47,437 bases of DNA from a virus (taxonomy: Duplodnaviria > Caudoviricetes): the IMG/VR virus record IMGVR_UViG_3300009095_000023, positions 1 through 47,437 of that record. One strand, 5' to 3'. Shown here piece after piece: positions 9,860 through 18,327 of this stretch. The position numbers and the translations under genes were made by a program. Position 1 is the stretch's first letter. The number at the start of each line of letters is the position of its first letter. Under the pieces are notes generated by a model. That model was not told the origin of the DNA, searched no databases, and saw nothing but the letters and a program-made list of their open reading frames with translations.

Positions 9860-10149
9860 TGGTCTACTCGGTTTTAATCGTTTGCTTCCTCGTTGCGCTG
9901 CGTTTGGTCTCGCAGCGACATCGTCGCAAGGTTGCCGATCTGGAGTCATTGGCTGAGATGTGGCGAGCGCAGGCCGACGATAATCAGGACCAGATAAGCG
10001 GCTGGATTGGCAAAGTGAACGTTGAACGGCAAGACCGATTGAACGCCGAGTCTCGCGTTACAGAATTGCAATGCGAGCTGGGCAAGTTGCGAAAGAAGCT
10101 CCGTGAACTGGGCGAGGCAGGCGTGAAAGACTACTTCGCGGACGAGTAA
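9856..10149 (+). CDS. TM-anchored coiled-coil protein (i-spanin-like)
   Basis: N-terminal TM followed by coiled coil. Confidence 0.4.
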   Translation: MMVYSVLIVCFLVALRLVSQRHRRKVADLESLAEMWRAQADDNQDQISGWIGKVNVERQDRLNAESRVTELQCELGKLRKKLRELGEAGVKDYFADE

Positions 10150-10240
10150 ACAAGCGATATCGGAAACCTTTTGGAACCATAGAGGGGAGGTGATCCAATC
10201 TTCTTTGGGGAAGGGGAAATAACTTCAAGGGGAGTGAAAC

Positions 10241-10729
10241 ATGGAGAATGATTTTGCAAGCGGAATTGCAAATGCCAGCGCCGGGATTGTCGAAGCCGCT
10301 GGCGGTCCGTTCGGATTGATCAGTTGGGTTGTCAGCGCGGCGTGGTCTCTGTTCTGGGGCGTGTTTTCGCTTGGCGTTCTGATTGCGTTCGCAGTCATTG
10401 CGTGGAAGCTGTTCAAGGCACTGGGGGCCGGATCGGAACTCGCAAAGGCTATCGAGTCCGCCAAGGATTTGATTCACGGCGATGATCCGACTGATGCAAA
10501 GCCGGCTGAACCGGAATCGGTCAAACAAAACATCGACCCGGTGGAATACAAGAATCAGTTGCTCGACTCTGTTGCCGGGATGAGTGATCCGAAAGACCCG
10601 GCGATCATCGCACTGCGAAAGATCACGTCTCCAGATCAGGGCAAGGACGCAACGATTGAATACCTGATCAACAAGACCCGCGAGGGCAGGCCCGTCTCGG
10701 ACGAATCGCAGACTCCATCGGGGGCGTAA
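10241..10729 (+). CDS. Membrane protein
   Basis: Long hydrophobic segment; RBS GGGGAG. Confidence 0.55.
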   Translation: MENDFASGIANASAGIVEAAGGPFGLISWVVSAAWSLFWGVFSLGVLIAFAVIAWKLFKALGAGSELAKAIESAKDLIHGDDPTDAKPAEPESVKQNIDPVEYKNQLLDSVAGMSDPKDPAIIALRKITSPDQGKDATIEYLINKTREGRPVSDESQTPSGA

Positions 10730-10731
10730 CG

Positions 10732-11085
10732 ATGAACAAGAAGCTGTGGGCAATTGCCGCTGTCCTTCTGCTCGTTCCGGGCTGCGGCGTGGGATGCGTC
10801 AGTGTTGGGGTGCTCGGTCTGCTTGCAATGTCAGGCGGCGTGCAGTCGCAGGAAATCAAGCGGACACTTTCCAGCGAGGAAAGAGTCTGGGATGCGTTTG
10901 CGGACTTCATTGAGTCGCACCCTGAGCGGTTTGCTGACACGGACCGCGTGTACAAGATCGGCGAAGAACTCAAGAAGCTGGGGCGAGTCTCCAGCACTGC
11001 AAGGCTCTCTGAGTACGCTGCGAAGATGCAAGAGATAGACAGCAGTAACGTCGAAGATGTCGCGCGGACAGTGAGGGGAAATTGA
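10732..11085 (+). CDS. Membrane/secreted protein
   Basis: Hydrophobic N-terminus with Cys. Confidence 0.5.
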   Translation: MNKKLWAIAAVLLLVPGCGVGCVSVGVLGLLAMSGGVQSQEIKRTLSSEERVWDAFADFIESHPERFADTDRVYKIGEELKKLGRVSSTARLSEYAAKMQEIDSSNVEDVARTVRGN

Positions 11086-12023
11086 TGACTGCTCAACAGA
11101 CCGGGTGGGTTCGCGACGATGCCGCTGTTGATGCCGCGACGATTGCGATCTCTGCTGATAGCGGAGAGTCCTGCGTTGTTGGTCACAGGCCAGCGTTACG
11201 GGGTTTCGCGCAGTCTCGAATCAACCGAGGTGAAACGGGCGTGTTCACGTGGTTGGCGGAGCGAAAGCTGTTCGGCGCATTCAAAAAGGCGTTCTACCAG
11301 CGGCGGGGAACTTGCGTTGGTCAGGGTACCGCGAGAGCAGTTCAAGACTCATGGTATCACGCGCTGTCGGAACTGGGTGAGGTGGGACGCAAGGCAGAGG
11401 TTAGCGTCGAGGCGATTTACGGTGGGGCGCGTGTTCAGATCGGCGGCGGTCGATTGTCTGGCGATGGTGCAGTCGGAGCATGGGCCGCGCAGTACGTGCA
11501 CAAGTACGGCGCACCAGCGCGAGGCATTTACGGTTCCTACGATTTGACAAAGCCGCGCGAAGACTTGGCTGTGAAGTGGGGAGCGCGGGGGAACGGTGTT
11601 CCGTCCGAGGTGCTGGAGGCCGGGAAGCGGATCAAGATTCGCTGCTTTCGGTGCATGACTGCGGACGACATCTTCGATGCGGCGTGGGCTGGTTGCGGGT
11701 TAGCGTTTTGCGGCGGCTACACCTACGGTCCGAAAGACCGCAACGGAATGAGCAGAATGAACGCGCCCGCGAACCATTGCACGGAAATGCTGGGGGCATT
11801 CATCACGACCAGCGGAGACCGAGGCGTTGGCGGTCAGCAATCGTGGGGGCCGGGGAGACCGAGTGGACCGTCAGTTTTGAGATACAAAGGCGGGTCTGTG
11901 GACCTGCGAGAAGGCATGTGTGGCGTCTACGTCGATGACTTGTATCGAGTCATGCGAAACGGCGGGGAGTGCTGGGCGTTCCAGTTTGAGCACGGAGCGG
12001 GATACAGACCTGAGGTGAGTTAA
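11085..12023 (+). CDS. Papain-like (C1 family) cysteine peptidase
   Basis: Q..GTCV (oxyanion Gln and catalytic Cys), 'ANHC' His, and 'QQSWG' at the NSWG position. Confidence 0.65.
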   Translation: MTAQQTGWVRDDAAVDAATIAISADSGESCVVGHRPALRGFAQSRINRGETGVFTWLAERKLFGAFKKAFYQRRGTCVGQGTARAVQDSWYHALSELGEVGRKAEVSVEAIYGGARVQIGGGRLSGDGAVGAWAAQYVHKYGAPARGIYGSYDLTKPREDLAVKWGARGNGVPSEVLEAGKRIKIRCFRCMTADDIFDAAWAGCGLAFCGGYTYGPKDRNGMSRMNAPANHCTEMLGAFITTSGDRGVGGQQSWGPGRPSGPSVLRYKGGSVDLREGMCGVYVDDLYRVMRNGGECWAFQFEHGAGYRPEVS

Positions 12024-12817
12024 TGAGATGCGCTCTTTTGTTGCTGCTGCTCTGTGGGTGTTCTTCGGCAATCGCCGTTGAGCCAACGGGCGATGACGAA
12101 ATCATTGTCGCGATTCTGGATGCGGAATATGAAGTCAAGCAGAACTCGGTTCCCGACCTGCCCGACAGTCTGAGCAATTCACGCGAAGAGCCGGAGGAAT
12201 CCCCGGAGTTGCCGCGGGCTTACCTGATCACTGCGAATTTTCATTGTCCGCCCTGCGAGGTATGGAAGTCGCGAATCGATGAACTGCCGTTTCGGGTGAA
12301 AGTGCAGGTGAAAAGCAGGTCGCCAACGGGCGAGTTCCCTTGCCTGTGGTATCCGAACGCCAGTTCTCAAACTGGCTGGTCGTACTGGTCGGGAAAGTCG
12401 ATCGATGAATTCCTGCGTCAGTACGACCGCGAAGACGGTGTGTTGCGGGAAGCGGTTGAAGAGCGAGATTCTGCCAGTGTTTCGAAGCGTCGCAAGACGC
12501 CGGAAGAACTGCGTCAATGGTGCCGGAACTATCGCGGTCCAGTCGCCTACGTGCAGGGGATGAGTTACCAGCAACACATCTGCGACGCCAACGCCGATTC
12601 CCACGGTGGCGAACCGTTCGAGCCATGGCAGCTTGACGGTCTGTCTGTTGGAGAACTCCAGAAGATTCATGGGGCACAGCATAACGGAACAATTAGTCCG
12701 TTTACGGATTCGGAATCATCGTCAACAGCGGTGAGGATTCCGGCTCGAGGCAATCAGGGGAGTTGCGCCAACGGTCAGTGCGCTCAACCCGCAAGGCGAG
12801 TGAGGTGGTTTCGATGA
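12023..12817 (+). CDS. Secreted thioredoxin-like (CxxC) protein
   Basis: Signal peptide; 'CPPC' plus downstream 'FP' cis-Pro motif. Confidence 0.55.
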   Translation: MRCALLLLLLCGCSSAIAVEPTGDDEIIVAILDAEYEVKQNSVPDLPDSLSNSREEPEESPELPRAYLITANFHCPPCEVWKSRIDELPFRVKVQVKSRSPTGEFPCLWYPNASSQTGWSYWSGKSIDEFLRQYDREDGVLREAVEERDSASVSKRRKTPEELRQWCRNYRGPVAYVQGMSYQQHICDANADSHGGEPFEPWQLDGLSVGELQKIHGAQHNGTISPFTDSESSSTAVRIPARGNQGSCANGQCAQPARRVRWFR

Positions 12818-13083
12818 GATCTGTGATCGAAGGCGTGTTGGCTCTTGCGGTATCGGCTCTGTCTGTGGCAGTCCTGTTCATGGGCTTGTTTGCGTGGACT
12901 CAGTGGGGAATCAACTCGCGGCAGAATTCCGAGCTGATCGAACTGCGCAAGAACGCGAAAGACTTTGCGGACTTCGCGGCCTTGGTCAAAGAGCGATGCG
13001 AGTGCGAGAACGATCGTGGAAGCGGTCGAGACCATGGGTCCAGTGGGTCAGTACGAATCTCACCAACGGGGGCCGCTCAATGA
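12814..13083 (+). CDS. Membrane protein
   Basis: ATGA overlap; N-terminal TM. Confidence 0.5.
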   Translation: MRSVIEGVLALAVSALSVAVLFMGLFAWTQWGINSRQNSELIELRKNAKDFADFAALVKERCECENDRGSGRDHGSSGSVRISPTGAAQ

Positions 13084-13352
13084 ACTGGAAGTGGGGTGTT
13101 CCGTTGATGGGCTGTTGTGCCGTTCTGGCGATTGTCGGTGCTGCTCTGGCGGTCGCTCTGTTCCTACTGTTCGGGCAAATAGCGCAACTGGCACCGTCGA
13201 TCGTTTCTGGCGTGGAGTCGTTCACTGAAGTGAAGGACCGGGTTGACCCGGCGTTTGAAAAGTGGGATCGGACAAACGACAAAATCGAGGAAGGAGTAAA
13301 AGCGATCAAAGAGTTCAAACTGTTCCGCGACGAACGGGAAGGTCGGAAATGA
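13080..13352 (+). CDS. Membrane protein
   Basis: ATGA overlap; N-terminal TM. Confidence 0.5.
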   Translation: MNWKWGVPLMGCCAVLAIVGAALAVALFLLFGQIAQLAPSIVSGVESFTEVKDRVDPAFEKWDRTNDKIEEGVKAIKEFKLFRDEREGRK

Positions 13353-13693
13353 ATACGTACTGCTCGATCCCTGAGAAGTGTCTGAAGCGGTCTTCGCAGT
13401 CGATCCTGGAACGTCGCTTCGATTCAGTCGAGGAGATCGACAAGGCGTTCTTCGGTGAGTGCCTGAGCGTCTCCGGTCGCAATGAACGCATGGCAAACTT
13501 CTCTCAGTCGTTCGCGGCGTCGCGAGTGATGGCGCCTAGCGGACGGCGAGTGAGAGCCAGGTTTCCCCGTCAGGAGTTCAGGCGGGAGTTTGTTGCGAGA
13601 TTCGGCGGGGGACTCTCGTTTGCCGTGATCCTGTACTACTTGGTCCTGGCGATTTACTGGTGGCGCCGCATGCGAAGGGAGAGGCCGTTTTGA
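13349..13693 (+). CDS. Hypothetical protein with C-terminal TM
   Basis: ATGA overlap; C-terminal hydrophobic helix. Confidence 0.5.
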   Translation: MNTYCSIPEKCLKRSSQSILERRFDSVEEIDKAFFGECLSVSGRNERMANFSQSFAASRVMAPSGRRVRARFPRQEFRREFVARFGGGLSFAVILYYLVLAIYWWRRMRRERPF

Positions 13694-14280
13694 AAATCAA
13701 GGATCGAATCAAAGAGCTGCGGCGAGTGAAGGCGTCGGAGTTGATGCCAAACCCGAAGAACTGGCGAACGCATCCGAAAGAACAGCAGGACGCGCTGAAA
13801 GGAATTCTCGCAGAAGTCGGATACGTCGATGCGCTGCTGGCCCGAGAGCTTGAAGATGGAACGTTGCAACTGATCGATGGTCACTTGCGCGCGGAGACGA
13901 CACCCGACGAAGAAGTTCCGGTGCTGGTGATCGACGTGAGCGAGGAAGAGTCCGACAAGATTCTGGCGACGTTCGATCCATTGTCGGCGATGGCGTCGAC
14001 CGATCAGGAATTGCTTGATGAATTGCTGTCGGGAATCGAATCCGAAGACGACGGGCTGCAATCTCTACTGGAGTCTCTGGCGAGCCCGGAAGACACAAGT
14101 AGAGACAGCGACGTCAAAGAGATTCCGATTGATCGACCTGTTGAAATGGCGTGGTACCTGATCGGAATACCAATCGGGCGGGTCGGGCGGCATGCTCAGA
14201 ACTTGGAATCAATCGCCAGCGACAACGACGTTTATTTCGACCAATGCGTAGGTGACAGGCGTGACAAAGAAAACGGATAA
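13690..14280 (+). CDS. ParB/Srx N-terminal domain protein
   Basis: 'L.PNPKNWRTH', 'LIDGHLR' and 'VPVLV' ParB-N motifs. Confidence 0.8.
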   Translation: MKIKDRIKELRRVKASELMPNPKNWRTHPKEQQDALKGILAEVGYVDALLARELEDGTLQLIDGHLRAETTPDEEVPVLVIDVSEEESDKILATFDPLSAMASTDQELLDELLSGIESEDDGLQSLLESLASPEDTSRDSDVKEIPIDRPVEMAWYLIGIPIGRVGRHAQNLESIASDNDVYFDQCVGDRRDKENG

Positions 14281-14845
14281 CGCAAATCTAGGGCTGAAAC
14301 TGCGTCTGCGTCGTCACATGCTCGATCGGTTTCACGCGGCAGGAGAGATTCGCGTTTTCGATGCGTGCCAAGCGGACGGAGTGATCTGGAAGAATTTGAG
14401 GGACGAATACGGAGACAGAATCGCGTCGTACTGGGGCGTTGATCTGAAGCCGAAGCGGGGTCGATTGAAGGTGGATTCGATTCGCGTTTTGCAGTCTGGA
14501 CCGATGCAGGAAAACGTGATCGATATCGATACATACGGGATGCCGTGGAAACACTTCGAGGCGGCCTGCCGAAACCTCGACAAGCCGACAACGATATTTC
14601 TGACAATGGGGATGCCATCGATCGCGCGAAACTTGAGCCACGATGCGACGATGTGCAAGCTCATCGGATTCGGTCGCCTGGATCCGCCAATTCCGCTGCC
14701 TGGACGCGCGTGTTGGGAATTTGCCGCAAATGCAATGTTGACAGTCTGTTGCGAACACACTAAGGTTGTACGCGCTGTCACGTGCAGGCACGTAAACGGT
14801 CCTGCATCAGTACAGTATTTCGGCGTTCGCGTGGAGCCGAAATGA
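14252..14845 (+). CDS. SAM-dependent methyltransferase-like protein
   Basis: 'VFDACQADG', 'WGVDLK' and 'IDIDTYGMPW' resemble Rossmann MTase motifs I/II/IV. Confidence 0.45.
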   Translation: MTGVTKKTDNANLGLKLRLRRHMLDRFHAAGEIRVFDACQADGVIWKNLRDEYGDRIASYWGVDLKPKRGRLKVDSIRVLQSGPMQENVIDIDTYGMPWKHFEAACRNLDKPTTIFLTMGMPSIARNLSHDATMCKLIGFGRLDPPIPLPGRACWEFAANAMLTVCCEHTKVVRAVTCRHVNGPASVQYFGVRVEPK

Positions 14846-14908
14846 AAATGGCCCAGTGTGCGATAACACACTGAGCCGCAACCACAATCCGCTGTAGAGG
14901 AGCGAATC

Positions 14909-15709
14909 ATGGCTGACAAGACAATAATTGCATGGACGGACCACACATTCAACCCATGGATGGGTTGCGAGAAAGTCAGTGAGGGCTGCCGCAACTGCTA
15001 CGCTCTCACCCTGACGAAAAATCGCATGGGGCTCGATCTCTGGGGCGCGTCTCCGCGGCAGGTGACAAAGTCACCCTGGAAGAATGTTGCTGCATGGAAT
15101 CGCAAGGCCATTGCGGACGGAGTCATCAGTCGCGTCTTCTGCGCGTCTCTGTGTGATGTTTTTGAGGATCACCCGACAGCCAACGCGACCCGACCGCTTG
15201 TGTGGGACGTGATCAAGCAGAGTGAGCACCTGCACTTTCAGGTGCTCACGAAGCGTCCTGAGCGAATCGCAGACAACCTCCCTGACGACTGGGGCGATGG
15301 ATACCCGAATGTCTGGCTCGGGACGTCGATCGAAGACATGCGAGTCGCTCACCGGGCTGACTATCTGAGAGAGATCCCGGCTGCGGTCCGATTCATCAGC
15401 TACGAACCGGCTCTCGGTTCGCTAAATGATCTCGATATCTCAGGCATCGACTGGGTGATTTATGGAGGCGAGTCGGGGCCAGGACATCGCTCGGAAGACA
15501 AGCAATGGGCGCGCGACATGCGCGACAAGTGCGCTGCAACCGGAGCTGCGTTTTTCCACAAGCAGTCAGCCGGTCATCGCACGGAACTTGGAATCGAGCT
15601 GGACGGCGAGCTGATTCGCCAGTTCCCGTGCCCGCGTGGGTACGATGGGACTGTTCCGTTCCGCAGCCAGGGCACGGGAATTATGGCGCCGCTGATGGCG
15701 TCTGCATGA
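14909..15709 (+). CDS. Phage Gp37/Gp68 (DUF5131) radical-SAM-like protein
   Basis: 'I.WTD.TFNPW.GC.KVS.GC.NCYA', 'LTKRP', 'GGESG' and 'FFHKQ'. Confidence 0.9.
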   Translation: MADKTIIAWTDHTFNPWMGCEKVSEGCRNCYALTLTKNRMGLDLWGASPRQVTKSPWKNVAAWNRKAIADGVISRVFCASLCDVFEDHPTANATRPLVWDVIKQSEHLHFQVLTKRPERIADNLPDDWGDGYPNVWLGTSIEDMRVAHRADYLREIPAAVRFISYEPALGSLNDLDISGIDWVIYGGESGPGHRSEDKQWARDMRDKCAATGAAFFHKQSAGHRTELGIELDGELIRQFPCPRGYDGTVPFRSQGTGIMAPLMASA

Positions 15710-15732
15710 TCCCAATTAACATTTGAAAATCA

Positions 15733-15767
15733 GTCCCGTAAGTGTTCGCGCTTGCGGGATTTTTTTT
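15733..15767 (+). terminator. Rho-independent terminator
   Basis: GTCCCGTAAGTG-TTCG-CGCTTGCGGGAT stem followed by a T-run. Confidence 0.8.
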
Positions 15768-15804
15768 GCTACAATGCCCCATCCTGTTTTTGGGAGGGCA
15801 GTCA

Positions 15805-16389
15805 ATGTGGGACGACTACTTCGCCGATCCGACCGAGGAAAAGCGGCTCGCGATTTATGAGCACTACCGCGCGAAGCGATTTATCAATCGCATTGCCGGG
15901 AAGATGCTACTGCGCATACCGCAGACTCCAATGATCGACGAAGAGGATCTGGTGGCCGCTGGCGAGCTCGCCTTATGGCAGTGCATTGAGCGTTTCGACC
16001 CAACTTCCGGAGCTTCGTTTCCGACGTTTGCCGGTAATCGAATCCGCGGCGCAATGCTCGACTGGGTTCGGCAAGCTGACTGGATCTCACGTCGCGGACG
16101 CGAAGAACAGCGACGCGGCGGAGACGAGCCGCCAGACATGTGCTCACTCGACCAACTCGCGGGGAGCGTTGAGCCGGACGTCGAGGAGGACGAACCAGCC
16201 ATGTGCGCGGAGGTCATTCGCGAGTTAATGCGCCACCTCGATCACCTGCAACGCAAGGCTGTTCGCCTGCTGTACCTTGAGCGTCTGAGGCCCGAGCAGG
16301 TTGCGATTCGCCTGCGGTGCAATCCATCGCGTGTCAAAGAGATTCGCGCGGAAGTGCTTGAACGCCTGCGTTCCCGGGCCTGCGGCTGA
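15805..16389 (+). CDS. Sigma-70 family RNA polymerase sigma factor, FliA/WhiG-like
   Basis: Region 2 'DLVAAG...IERFDP..G..F.TFA..RIRGAMLD..R..DW..R'; region 4 HTH; RBS GGGAGG; extended -10 TGcTACAAT at 15767-15775. Confidence 0.85.
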   Translation: MWDDYFADPTEEKRLAIYEHYRAKRFINRIAGKMLLRIPQTPMIDEEDLVAAGELALWQCIERFDPTSGASFPTFAGNRIRGAMLDWVRQADWISRRGREEQRRGGDEPPDMCSLDQLAGSVEPDVEEDEPAMCAEVIRELMRHLDHLQRKAVRLLYLERLRPEQVAIRLRCNPSRVKEIRAEVLERLRSRACG

Positions 16390-16446
16390 CGCGATTTCTG
16401 AGTTTCTGAGATTTCCCGAAATCCCCCAAAAAGATACGCAACATTG

Positions 16447-16475
16447 TTGACAGCACCGGCAAAGGTGTGTATAAT
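16447..16475 (+). promoter_or_regulatory. Perfect consensus sigma70 promoter
   Basis: TTGACA (16447-16452), 17 bp, TATAAT (16470-16475). Confidence 0.9.
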
Positions 16476-16522
16476 AAAGACGTAAGGAAAAGGGACAACA
16501 AACAACACAAAGGAGATTGAAG

Positions 16523-16744
16523 ATGATCACGATTTCCACCCTCGCAGCCCACTCGGAAAAAGACTATCTGGCAATCGAGAATAGCACCCACACTATTCGA
16601 TTTCATCTTGACAATGACGGACGGGCAGTTCTCAACAAAGAGGACCTGGACGCCTTCTTCAGCAGCGAAGAGGCAAATTTCTCCCGCATCGAACAGCAGG
16701 AAGCAATCAGCTACTTCGAGCAAGTGGCTGAAGGCAACATTTGA
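16523..16744 (+). CDS. Small acidic hypothetical protein (first gene of accessory operon)
   Basis: RBS AAGGAG; 73 aa; acidic. Confidence 0.65.
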   Translation: MITISTLAAHSEKDYLAIENSTHTIRFHLDNDGRAVLNKEDLDAFFSSEEANFSRIEQQEAISYFEQVAEGNI

Positions 16745-16747
16745 CGG

Positions 16748-16808
16748 GGCGAAACCGGGCATCCGCCCGGTCCAGCGGAGATGGTCTCCCGCTGCTGACG
16801 AGCCAGAC
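16748..16808 (+). ncRNA. Type II hammerhead ribozyme
   Basis: GGC-GAA-[ACCGGGC AUCC GCCCGGU]-C^-[CAGCGG...CCGCUG]-CUGACGA-GCC. All core nucleotides present; GUC cleavage triplet (cut after 16772); loop-I GUCU can pair with 3' AGAC. Confidence 0.85.
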
Positions 16809-16890
16809 AACGCACACCACCCCGGAAGGGGCACAACAGGAGAGAAGAATCGGACGGCAGGGTGATCAACCTGAGCTGGACAATTGGCGA

Positions 16891-16964
16891 GTAATGCAGA
16901 GGGGCCGGGGAGATTGCTCCCCGGTTAATGCACTGGCAATTCGCCAGCGGTCCCAAGTCCGTAA
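16891..16964 (+). ncRNA. Circularly permuted (P5-type-like) twister ribozyme
   Basis: UGCA-GA-GGGG-[P1 CCGGGGAG/CUCCCCGG]-U-U^AA-UGC-AC-[UGGC/GCCA]-G-CGG-UCCCAAGU-CCG. T1 GGGG/UCCC and T2 AC/GU pairings; cut predicted between 16926 and 16927. Confidence 0.65.
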
Positions 16965-16991
16965 CAAGCCCTTGCAGGGCGGGAGAAGAAA

Positions 16992-17171
16992 ATGACTAAA
17001 AAGACGTATGAGGCACGCATGTACGGGGTGGGATACTCGCAGCATAGCACGTTCGAGGCCGCGAAACGCGGCCTCGCAAGAATGAGGCGGAAGTATCGAG
17101 ACGCGAGGCATTCGTTGCCGTATCCACGGCAGACGATTACCCACAATGGCAAGACCATATATGTTGACTAG
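16992..17171 (+). CDS. Small basic protein (59 aa, below ORF-track cutoff)
   Basis: RBS GGAGAAG; ATG 16992 to TAG 17171; MTKKTYEARMYG...KTIYVD. Confidence 0.6.
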   Translation: MTKKTYEARMYGVGYSQHSTFEAAKRGLARMRRKYRDARHSLPYPRQTITHNGKTIYVD

Positions 17172-17222
17172 CCCAGCGCCGTGCACTGGCGGCGCGTGCC
17201 GCCTTCGGGCGTCTGGGTTTTT
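17171..17222 (+). terminator. Branched hairpin with T-run, possible terminator
   Basis: GCCCAG...CTGGGT closing stem, inner GGCGGC/GCCGCC stem, then a short T-run. Confidence 0.4.
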
Positions 17223-17265
17223 CAACACCAGCCCCCTCACCACGGGGCGCAAACAGGAGAGAAGA

Positions 17266-18237
17266 ATGAAAGACATGCTGTTTGTCCTCGGGGCTCCCGA
17301 TCCTGAGATGCAGGCAATCGAGGGCCTGCTGAAAGAATGTGGCGTAGCTTATGCCTACGCCGTGGACCCGGAGGACCAAAGAGTCCATCCGGGGAACGCA
17401 TACAAAGCCGAGAATTTTATCGCCCCTCCGGAAGCAGAGCTTCCGGAAACGCTCGACGATTGGGAAATCGTCGAAGTGGAATGTGCTGTTCGCCCGCGTG
17501 TCCCGGGCGTTGCATACACCACTATCGACCACCACCGCCCCGGCGATCCGGGCTACGGGCGCCCTCCGAGTGAGTTTCTTGCGGCCAGTTCGATCGGGCA
17601 AGTTGTCACCGAGCTGGCCCGATTGGATCTGTGGCCGCCCCCTGGCGATGACTGTGTGCGGGATTGGACACCCACCAACTGCCGCCCTATGTGGCTCGGC
17701 GAGTCATATGAGGACCCCCATGGGGTGGGGGGGTGGTGGATTGTGGGGGAAGACAGCGTCGGTTGTTGTCACCGACTCCCTTACGCGGCCGTGGACCAAG
17801 ATCTCATCCTCGCCGCCGCAGCCGATCATTGCCTCGCTGCTGCATACCGTGGCGAGTGTCCGGGAGTTGACCCGGACGAGTTGATGAAATGGCGAGCGGA
17901 AACGCGAGCCGCTCATCAGGGGCGGTCTGTTAACGACGTCCTCGCGGACGTCGAAGCCGCACGCACGGTCCTGCGAGAGTCGCGGACCGAGGCTGGTTAC
18001 GCTGACCTCCGCGGTCGGAGCATTCCCGAGCTGCCGGAGGCAGCCGCCCGGGAAGGGATTCCATTTATCGCGACCGTCAAAGACCGTGACGGCCGCGAAA
18101 AGGTCGTGCTCCAAGCTGCACCAGTTCCGCTGGTGCAGCGGTTCCTGGCTGGGGAGTTGATCCCCGGCCTGGTTGAGTATTACGGAGACCCCGCACGCGG
18201 GTTTGCCGGGGGATACACGACTCCGGCGGAGGTGTAA
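17266..18237 (+). CDS. DHH-motif phosphoesterase-like protein (323 aa)
   Basis: RBS AGGAGAG before ATG 17266; 'FVLGAPDPEM', 'VE', 'IDHH', 'SSIGQV' and 'AADH' motifs. Confidence 0.55.
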   Translation: MKDMLFVLGAPDPEMQAIEGLLKECGVAYAYAVDPEDQRVHPGNAYKAENFIAPPEAELPETLDDWEIVEVECAVRPRVPGVAYTTIDHHRPGDPGYGRPPSEFLAASSIGQVVTELARLDLWPPPGDDCVRDWTPTNCRPMWLGESYEDPHGVGGWWIVGEDSVGCCHRLPYAAVDQDLILAAAADHCLAAAYRGECPGVDPDELMKWRAETRAAHQGRSVNDVLADVEAARTVLRESRTEAGYADLRGRSIPELPEAAAREGIPFIATVKDRDGREKVVLQAAPVPLVQRFLAGELIPGLVEYYGDPARGFAGGYTTPAEV

Positions 18238-18250
18238 TGCAGTTCATCCC

Positions 18251-18282
18251 AGGGCGCTGGATGCCGCCAGCGCCCTTTTTTT
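18251..18282 (+). terminator. Rho-independent terminator
   Basis: AGGGCGCTGG-ATGCCG-CCAGCGCCCT followed by a T-run. Confidence 0.8.
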
Positions 18283-18327
18283 CGTGCACTTTACCAGCCC
18301 CGAAAGGGGCACAGAAAGGAGAAGACC

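Noticed and set aside
17146-17265. N-terminal extension of the DHH-like ORF
   Set aside because: Overlaps the 59-aa gene and a hairpin/T-run; the strong RBS points to ATG 17266.
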